Notes under the pieces: generated by a model | Told to the model about the DNA's origin: nothing | Database searches by the model: none | The model's input: the letters and a program-made list of their open reading frames with translations, nothing else | In this document: positions 25,896 to 35,100 of the stretch, piece by piece | How positions within the stretch are numbered: position 1 is the stretch's first letter | Layout: each line of letters opens with the position of its first letter | Position numbers and translations under genes: made by a program | Assembly: GCA_044892525.1 (NCBI GenBank) | Contig: CM097887.1 | Span: 53,196,001-53,260,000, forward strand | Source of the DNA: Schmidtea polychroa | Lineage: Eukaryota | Length of the DNA: 64,000 nt | Reading direction: 5' to 3'

Positions 25896-26106
25896 ATTGA
25901 ACAAATTGTGAAGTTGAAATAAAAGAGTGAAAGCTAAAAGATATTGAAATTAAGTTGTGGAAAAGTTACAAAAATTTATAAAAACTATTATTGGAAATTA
26001 ATTCAAAATTAAAACAAAAGGTAAAGTTAAAAATTGTAATTTTTTAAAATTTAGACAAGAAACAGTTGTCCAAGAGAAATTATACAATCTAAGAAGTAAA
26101 AAACAC

Positions 26107-29100
26107 TTGGAAAATATGGCGACGAGCAACTCAAATATCAATGAACAAATCTCAGTGTCTACTACTCAAGCGAACAATGGAAATGATTATGCCAGTTGTC
26201 AAAAGTTACCAGTTGAGCAATATGGAGGAGATCCAGTCCAATTTGTTGACTTTATGGCAGATTACTACATGTATGCCACAGCTTATGGATGGAGCCAAGC
26301 AACTATGGTACAACGTCTACCATTATATTTAAAAGGAGCTGCGCGAGAGGCTTGGCAACAGATTGACAAACGACCTATAGCAAATGATTGGACAAGATTG
26401 AAAGATGCATTGGCAGCCAAGTTGATTGGAGGAGATATAAAGAGAATGATGCGCCAAAAGTTCTACAGTCGAGTGCAAAAGCCCGAGGAATCCATAAGTG
26501 AGTTTGCTTATCATTTAACCACTCTTGCAGAGAAAGCGTTCGAAGTAAAGCCAGATCAAGAAGAAGTAGCAAAGCAAGTCAAAGAATTACTTCAGGACCA
26601 ATTTTTGACAGGAGTCAAGAAAGAAATCAAAAAGGCTTTATGTTTTGTTGATTTTACAAATTTTGATGACTTGATTAGAAAAGCCATGAGAATTGAAATG
26701 AATCTTAAAACGACTCAGTCAAAGGCGGAATCATTTGCGATTATCAATGAGCCTCGAGATAGATCTATAACCCCAGTCAGCGATAACTTGCTTCAAAGAT
26801 CAACCAGTCCATCTCCCAAGTTCAGAGTGAAATTTGAACAAAGAAAGTCAACAGACAGTCCAAATGAGGAAAGAGAAAGAACTCTACAATGCAGTCATTG
26901 CCAGAGAATGGGTCATCACATAAATCAATGCTGGTTTAAAAATAACATTCGAAGAAGCCCTAGTCCGGTTCAGTGTGATTACTGTCAAAGAAAAGGACAT
27001 AGCAATAGCCAATGTTGGTTCAAAAATAACGAACAGCGTAGTCCAAAGGGAATGCGGTCAGAATGGCTGAAAAGTAATGGTGAGAAAAGTTTTAACAGAA
27101 CGAATATCAGTAACCAGAGAACTAATGATAACATACAATGCTATAATTGTGGAAGGAAAGGACATGTCACTCGAAATTGTTTTGCAAGATCCAGATCTCT
27201 ATCAACATCACCCTCACCGCAAAGAGACAGAGTTAACTTACAAGGCCAAATCCAATGTCATTCCTGTAGAGGCTATGGACATATGGCTAGATCTTGTCCA
27301 AAGAGTAATAATATATTTCAAAGGCCGATATTAAAGAAGACGAGATTTCAGAAAGACAAATCGCAATCTGACAATATAGCTTTTGCGCAAACAGATGATT
27401 TTAACGAGAGGATTGAAAATGAGATGAAGCAGATGAGTAGACGCTTGGATCGATTAATGTGCAAATTCGAATCGGACGAAGAATTGAGTAACCACATGAT
27501 GTATGAGTCGCAATCAAAAGGATCAGAGGCAGATTCTAAAGAGAAATTGGATAAAGAAGACATAGAAAGAGAAAAAGTAACAATGATTATACTGAGGATC
27601 AACAGATTTATTAAAGAGAGAGCAACAGAAACATCTAAAGTAATCTCATCGCTAAAGGAATTGAGTCAAATGACAATGAGCATACAAAATTTGAAAAATG
27701 TAATTGAGTTATGTGCCGATTATTATGATACCAATTTAAAAGATGAAAAGGAAATTGAAAATGTGATGCAAATATTTGCGAAAACGTATCGAGAAAGTAC
27801 ATGGTTAGATTTTATTTTAATTAATGTTTTAGATGAAAATGAGAAAGAAGTAGCTTGCATTCGGTGTGAAGCAGGAGATTGTGTAGATGATTTAAAGAAT
27901 AGATTAGAAGAAAATAATGGGAAACAGATAATAGAATTGAAGTTTAAAAATCGATGCTTACGCAATGATGAGTTTTTAATTGATTGTGGTTTTATACCAG
28001 GAAATAAAAATAAAGTGATAGCAAAAATGACAAGACGTTATGAAAATGTAAAAAGCGATCCACAGAAAATTGTAAATGAGCTGAGAGAAGCTTTTGATGA
28101 GTGGAATAAAAATGCAATTGATGAAAAGTTGAAATTAGTAGAGGAAACGGAATTTGACGAAAATAGTAAATTAGAAATTGTAAATGTAGTACGTCCATAT
28201 GTATATAAAAACTCGAAATATAAAGAAATATTAAAAGGTTTATTACGAAAATTTGGAAAAGAGATTAGAGAGACCAGGATAGAATTGAAACCATTTGTAA
28301 TAGCGTTAGATTATAAAAATGAAGGAGAAATAGAGTATATAGAAGAACATTGGTGTACCAAGGTTGGTAAATTGCGAAAGAGAGCCGCTGAAAGAATGGG
28401 AAAGGATGGAATTATTCAATTGATATTTAAAAGTGAAGAATTAGATGACGATGAATATTTATACGATTGTGGGTTTATACCTCAAGAATTAGATGTAGAC
28501 GGATATTTATGTTCAGATACAGGATATTCACTAAATTATGTAATAGTAATTAAAAATCAGATATCAAATAAAGGATATGAGTCCGACAGGTCAAATGATG
28601 AGATAGAAAGGGATAATGAAAATGAAAGAAGAGTTGAAAATGAAGGTGTACTAGATAACAAGGACATAGGAACTAATGATAAAGATAAAGGTATAATAAC
28701 AGAAGTATTAAAGGAAGGGCAAGAAACCAAAAGTGAAGTGAATAGTGAAATAAAGACTAAAAAGCCTAGAACTTTGTATGAAATAAAAAAGAGCCTGGTG
28801 AAGTCAGAATTAGAAGTGGGTGAGACAAAAGAGTTATTAAAGAATTTAGATAAATTAATATATCCAATGTTCGAAATAAAATTGAATACAAAGTACGAAT
28901 TGGGAGACACAGTGAATGAAATGGAAAAGAAACTTCCTAGTGTTATGCAGAGATTTGGTGAAAATGATGACTTTTGTAATAGAGGGGTCATGAAAACTTT
29001 GACGAAAAATGGAATTGATAAAGAAGTAGTACTAACAAGCTTAACATATGCAGTTTTAGAGATAGGAGCTCATAAGATAATGGAATCAGATGAATTAGAG

Positions 29101-32100
29101 AATTTGATAGATGCAGCTGCTCGAGTTTTAAATGAATATTTAATGAATTGGATAAAAAGGAATGGAGGTTGGACCAAACTGGTAAAAGTGCTTACGATAA
29201 ATGAAAATAACGAAATTAATATACCCCATAAATCGCTAAATGGGAGAGTTAGCCCAATATTGAGAAAAACGATGGTATTTCCATGGGTAATGTTTATGAT
29301 AATTGTTTTGTGCGCAATAATTACCCAGACAACCTGTATGACTGCATTTGATTGTTCACAAACGGAAATGGGAAAAATTTATTCGGTAGTAGATGTGTCA
29401 GAATGTTCGGATGCATACCCGAGAAAACTAAAGGTTGAAAAAGATGTAAAATATCATGTATATCAAGAGTCTGATTTAAGACGAACGAAGGTTCGAGAAT
29501 GTATAGTCAAAAGTACCACATTTATATTTTATTGTTGGAAGTGGAGCCATACTTCATTGATAAAGATGTATACAATCCCAAGGCCAGTGGAAGTTATGCC
29601 AGAAAATTGTTTAGCAGCATTTCAAACAGAAGAATTGAAAATAAGTTCGAAAATTAAATTGAAGGCAAAAATAAATCATAGGACGAGAGAAACGGTGGTT
29701 ACGAAAGGATTAATGAAGCAAGACGGAGATTGTGAAGGGGAACCGTACAAAGTCAGTGGTAAAATTATTCAAAAAGCAGTAGTGATAGAAGAATATCTAA
29801 CGGAATTGAGAGAATTTGAAGGAGCTTTTGATGATGATACGGGGAAGTTACAGACCCACCCATTTTGTAATATGAAACAAAATAACTGTCAAACGGGGGG
29901 ATCAATTCTTGTTTATGAAGTAAAAACTAATGTATGTAACTTAGCGCATTTAAAAACGATGAATTTCAAAGAAATTAGTGGAGAGCAGTTTAGGGAAAGG
30001 CCTGACAATATTAATGTAAATTATGGAGTAAATATGACAATCAGATCAACGCCCGTTTGGACAAGAAAAACAGCGACTGTATTAATGTCGATAATTCCGA
30101 TGGACGCCATGCGTTTTATATTAAAGGAAGTTACCAATAAATGTGGTCAGACGGTATACTCCACAAATTACAAAGGAGTTTACGTATCAACAGTAAGAGT
30201 ACAGGAAGCTAAAACGAGAATTCATACGGGTGATATTAAATTAACCCATTACTTTAACAATAAAATTGATTACTTATTTCATTATAGTCAGAACACCATG
30301 GAGAATATCTATCGAGAAATAATCTTAAATGATTGTAAATTAAATAAAGAAATACTTCGAAATCGAATGGCAATGGCCATCACAAACCCAAATTTGGTTG
30401 CACCCATGTTAATATCAGAAAATGGAGTATTTGCGAGAATCTTCGGAGAAGCTTTATATAGTTATAAATGCAAGGAAGTGTCAGTAAAAATAATGAAATA
30501 CGAAAAATGTACTAATGAATTGCCAGTTAGCGTCGATGGGAAGATGCGATTTATGGAACCAATAACACGGATATTACTTGACGAAAACACAAAACCAAAA
30601 TTGCTCCAGTGCAATAGATTGCTAGCCCCGTTATATCTTTTGGCACCAGACTCTTGGGTAGCATTACCCGATTACCGAGGAGTTAGAACTCCAGATAAAT
30701 TGGAATTAATCAATTTAGAGTATTTAGTGAACTTTACATCCCTAAATAAAATGGCACAACTAGGTCTCTACGCAAGCGAGGATATAGAAGAAGCTCAAAG
30801 AAATTTATTATTTCCATCAAAGAAAGAACGGGTGATATCAGAAATGATTGATACAATATTACCAAACGGAGAGAGTAAAGTTAATTATGAATATCTCCTA
30901 ACGCCAGATCATTTCAAAAAAGCAACGTACAAAACGATGGAAAAGATTTGGGGAAAATTTATGTTCTTAGGACAAGCGTGTGCTGGTTTGATTGGCATCT
31001 ATGTGATCGTAGTAACAATAAAGGTGATACTATCTCAAATTTTATCTGCTCATAGAATATATAAAATATCCGGATGGTCGTGGAAAATAATTATTGGTTG
31101 TATTCCGTTTATAGCAAGATTTTTTATTACTCATCATCAATATAAAGAAATGGAGAATGTGAGAGCACAGTTAAAAACGGATCAAAAGAGTGAAGAATCC
31201 TTGTGTGAATCGAGGGATAGAAATAGTGGCAATAACACCAACAATGACAATGGCAGAAACGAGCAAATGTATTTTAGAAAAGAAATAATGAAAAGCGAGG
31301 TAAAACCAGAGTCACGGTGCCTACTAGAACAGATGCCAAAACTTACAGGAATCGACACTCTCTCAAAATGGTATACACCGGTATTCCTTCCAACAGCACC
31401 AACATATCTAAGTGAAAGGCTAAAAGAAATGAAACCAGTAGAACATATTAAACTAGAAGCTGAAAGGATTGAACCAACAAGTGCCGAAATAGAACGGAAA
31501 AACATGCTCGGATTACCATGTAGTTATGCGTTGATGACAATAGGAAATAGAGGCAAACAACCTCGAACAAATATACTATTTAACGAGAGAAAGGTCAAAG
31601 CCTTGTTAGACTCCGGTTCCAGTCATACTATAGTGTCAGATAAACTGTTGACAAGGGAAGAGAGAGCAAAGATGAAACCGACGAATAAAATTATTAAATC
31701 AATGTCTCACAATGTACTGAATATAATCGGGAAGCTAGAAGTCAAATTAATTATTGGTAATCAAGAAATAACACATTATGTGTCAGTAATGAGTAAAAGC
31801 CCTGTTGAATGTCTAATTGGTATGGATGTTATGGAGCAACTGCGAGGAATTGCGCTGGATCTGACAACAGGAAAATTAATAAAGGGACAATTAGATACAG
31901 TTGCAAATAAACCAAGAGAAGTTGTTTTAAATCAAACGTTGGAAATACCAGCAAGAAGCGAAATAATATGTTATGCTAGTGTAGCAAACACGTCAGATGA
32001 CGAATGTGTTTTCGAACCCAGTCGAAAACTAGTAGAGAAATACGAATTGCCAATGTGCGACGAGATAGTACAGGTAAAAGATCAGGCAGTCCCAGTGAGA

Positions 32101-35100
32101 ATGGCTAATCTTAGCACAAAATCTATCCAAATGAAACCTAACACGAAGTTAGGAAAGTTAATGAAATTTAAAACAGAAGAAGCCCAAAAATTACCGAGAA
32201 ACATTAAAATTTATAGAAAACCACAAGTGACGAGCAATGATTTGACAGACGCACAAAAACAACAGTTTATGGCATTATTAAAAAAGTACAAAAGAGTATT
32301 TGCAAAGCACGAGTACGATTTGGGACTTACCCAGGTGATCGAACATGAGATACCACTACTCGATGAAACTCCTATTAAATTACGACCGTATAGAATCCCT
32401 TATATACATCAAGAGGAAAGTGATAGACAGATAAAAGCGATGAAAGAGTTTGACATAATAAGAGACAGTTCATCACCATTCTCATCCTCAATAGTAGTAG
32501 TCAAAAAGAAAGACGGCGATTTACGGTTTTGTGTGGATTATAGAAAATTGAATCAGGCTACAAGAAAAGACCCCTACCCTATTCCAGTTCCACCGGAAAT
32601 GTTTGATCAAATGGGAGAAGTACAATTCATCACAGTAATCGATTTGAATAAGGGATATAATCAATTTAAAGTAAAAGAAGAAGATAGAAGGAAAACGGCA
32701 TTTTCAGATGGTAAAGGTTTGTACGAATTCAATGTGTTACCATTTGGCTTAACGGGAGCGCCAGCCACGTTCCAGCGAGGTATGAATTTTGTATTAAGAG
32801 ACATCCCACACGCATTAGTTTATATTGATGATATAATAATATTTTCGAATAATTTTCAGGAACATTTGGAAGATGTAGAAACAGTATTCCAAAGATTGTT
32901 AAAGGCGAATTTAAAAATAAAACCCTCAAAATGTGAATGGGGGAAATCAGAGGTAGTCTATGTTGGTCATATTATATCCCGAAGAGGATTACAGCCAAAC
33001 CCAGAAAATGTAGAAAAAATTAAAAATTATCCAATTCCAAAAAATGTAGATCATGTTAGACAATTTCTCGGATTAGCCAGTTATTATAGAAAATTCATTA
33101 AAAATTTTGCGCATGTAGCACAACCCCTGAACATATTATTAAAAAAGCAGGCTCAATTTAAATGGACAAAAACACAACAGGAAGCGTTCGAATCGTTGAA
33201 AGAAAGTTTGATTAAAAAACCAATATTGAGATGTCCAAATTTTAAAATACCATTTATCCTAATGACAGATGCGAGCAATTTTGCGTTGGGCGCAGTGCTA
33301 GGACAACAGGTTGAAGGAGAAAGAGATCACGTTATCGCATATGCGAGTAGAACTTTGAAACCGCATGAAAAGAATTATTCTACGATTGAAAAAGAAACGT
33401 TGGCATTAGTTTATGGAATAACTACATTTCGACAGTATTTAGTTGGGAGAAGATTTGTTGTCTTTACGGACCATAACCCTTTACAATGGCTCATGAAGCA
33501 TAGAGATTCAACAAGTAAGTTGATTAGATGGTCAATCGCACTACAGGAATATGATTTTGAAATCAAATACCGTACGGGTAAATCAAATGCAAATGCAGAC
33601 ACACTGTCGAGAATCCCTGAGGAAAATAATAATAATAATGAAAAAACGAACTATAATGATACAATATTTATGGTAATTAAATCAGCAAATAATATAAAGG
33701 AATTACAATATGATCAAGAAAATGATGAGGAACTAAATCAATTACGAAAAAATGCAGTAACAATTAAAAAGGAGAGTGATTGGAAACATATTGTTGAGGA
33801 AAAACATAAATATATTATCCACGAGGGTTTATTAAAATGTGTAAAAAATGAAAATTTGCTAATTATAGTTCCAGCAAAACATCGAGAAGCATTATTGTTG
33901 ATTTACCACGATGGAGCACTAGGAGGACATTTATCGGCTCGAAAAACATTATCAAGACTGAAATTGAAGTATTATTGGGAGACAATGGAACAAGATGTCA
34001 AACAATGGTGCCATACTTGTAAAGTATGTTTGACAAGACGAAATACAGGAAGGAAAATAAAAGTTCCACTAAGACCTATGCCGGTGCCAGCAGCGCCAAT
34101 GGAAATGACAGCAATGGACATTGTCGGTCCATTGCCGGAAACAATAAATGGCAATAAATATATTGTTGTATTTTGCGACTATCTAACTAAGTGGCCAGAA
34201 GCATATGCCATGCAAAATCAAAAGGCAGAAACAGTTGCAAAAATATTAGTAGAAAACATTATTTTCCGATATGGAGCACCAAAGAAATTACTTACAGATC
34301 AGGGAACGAATTTTCAAAGTGAATTATTTAGTTCGATATCGGAGCTATTTGGTATATTAAAACTTAGTACATCACCATATCATCCACAAACAGATGGCCT
34401 AGTAGAAAGGTTTAACGGAACATTAATTAATATGATATCATCTTATGTAAATCGAAAACAAAGAGATTGGGATTTATTTATCAAACCATGTTTATTCGCA
34501 TATCGAAACGCAGTTAATGAAAGCACTGGTGAAACACCCTTTTATCTTATGTATCTACGGCGAAATAATATGCCAATTGATTTGAAATTTCAAACACCTA
34601 TATCACAGTATATGGATATATCCGATTATAAAGTAATCATGCATGAGAGATTACAGTCAGTGTGGGCTCAAGCTGGTTTAAAAATAAGACATAGCCAAGA
34701 AACGTATAAAGAATCCTACTACAAGAAAGCACATGCTCATAATATTAAAATAGGAGATTTAGTCTATGTGAATAAACCAGAACCAGAAAAGGGCTTGTCA
34801 CCAAAGTTACAACGACCGTTTAAAGGACCGTATATTGTATGTGATACAACAGAAACCAACCTCAAATTACATCCACAGAATAATAAAAAGGCTGGGACAA
34901 TTATAGTTCATGCAAATCGTTGTAAGAAAGTGCCGGCAATGGAGAGTGATAGATATCCATTAAGATCGAAAAAGAACAAATCAGTAGAAGAAAAAGTGGT
35001 CAAGCAAAAAGTTATTAAAAACCCAGTACCCTTAGGATATACCACGAAAGTCTTATTGATAACAACAATGATGCTACTAAATGTTTTGGGAACAAAGGCA

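Noticed and set aside
27630-27720. TFIIS N-terminal-like resemblance (LKELSQMTMSIQNL) in the helical block
   Set aside because: A short amphipathic match only; too weak without a profile search.
28855-28878. YPxxxI ALIX-type late motif (LIYPMFEI)
   Set aside because: It probably lies within the folded Bcl-2-like domain, and the motif is too degenerate.
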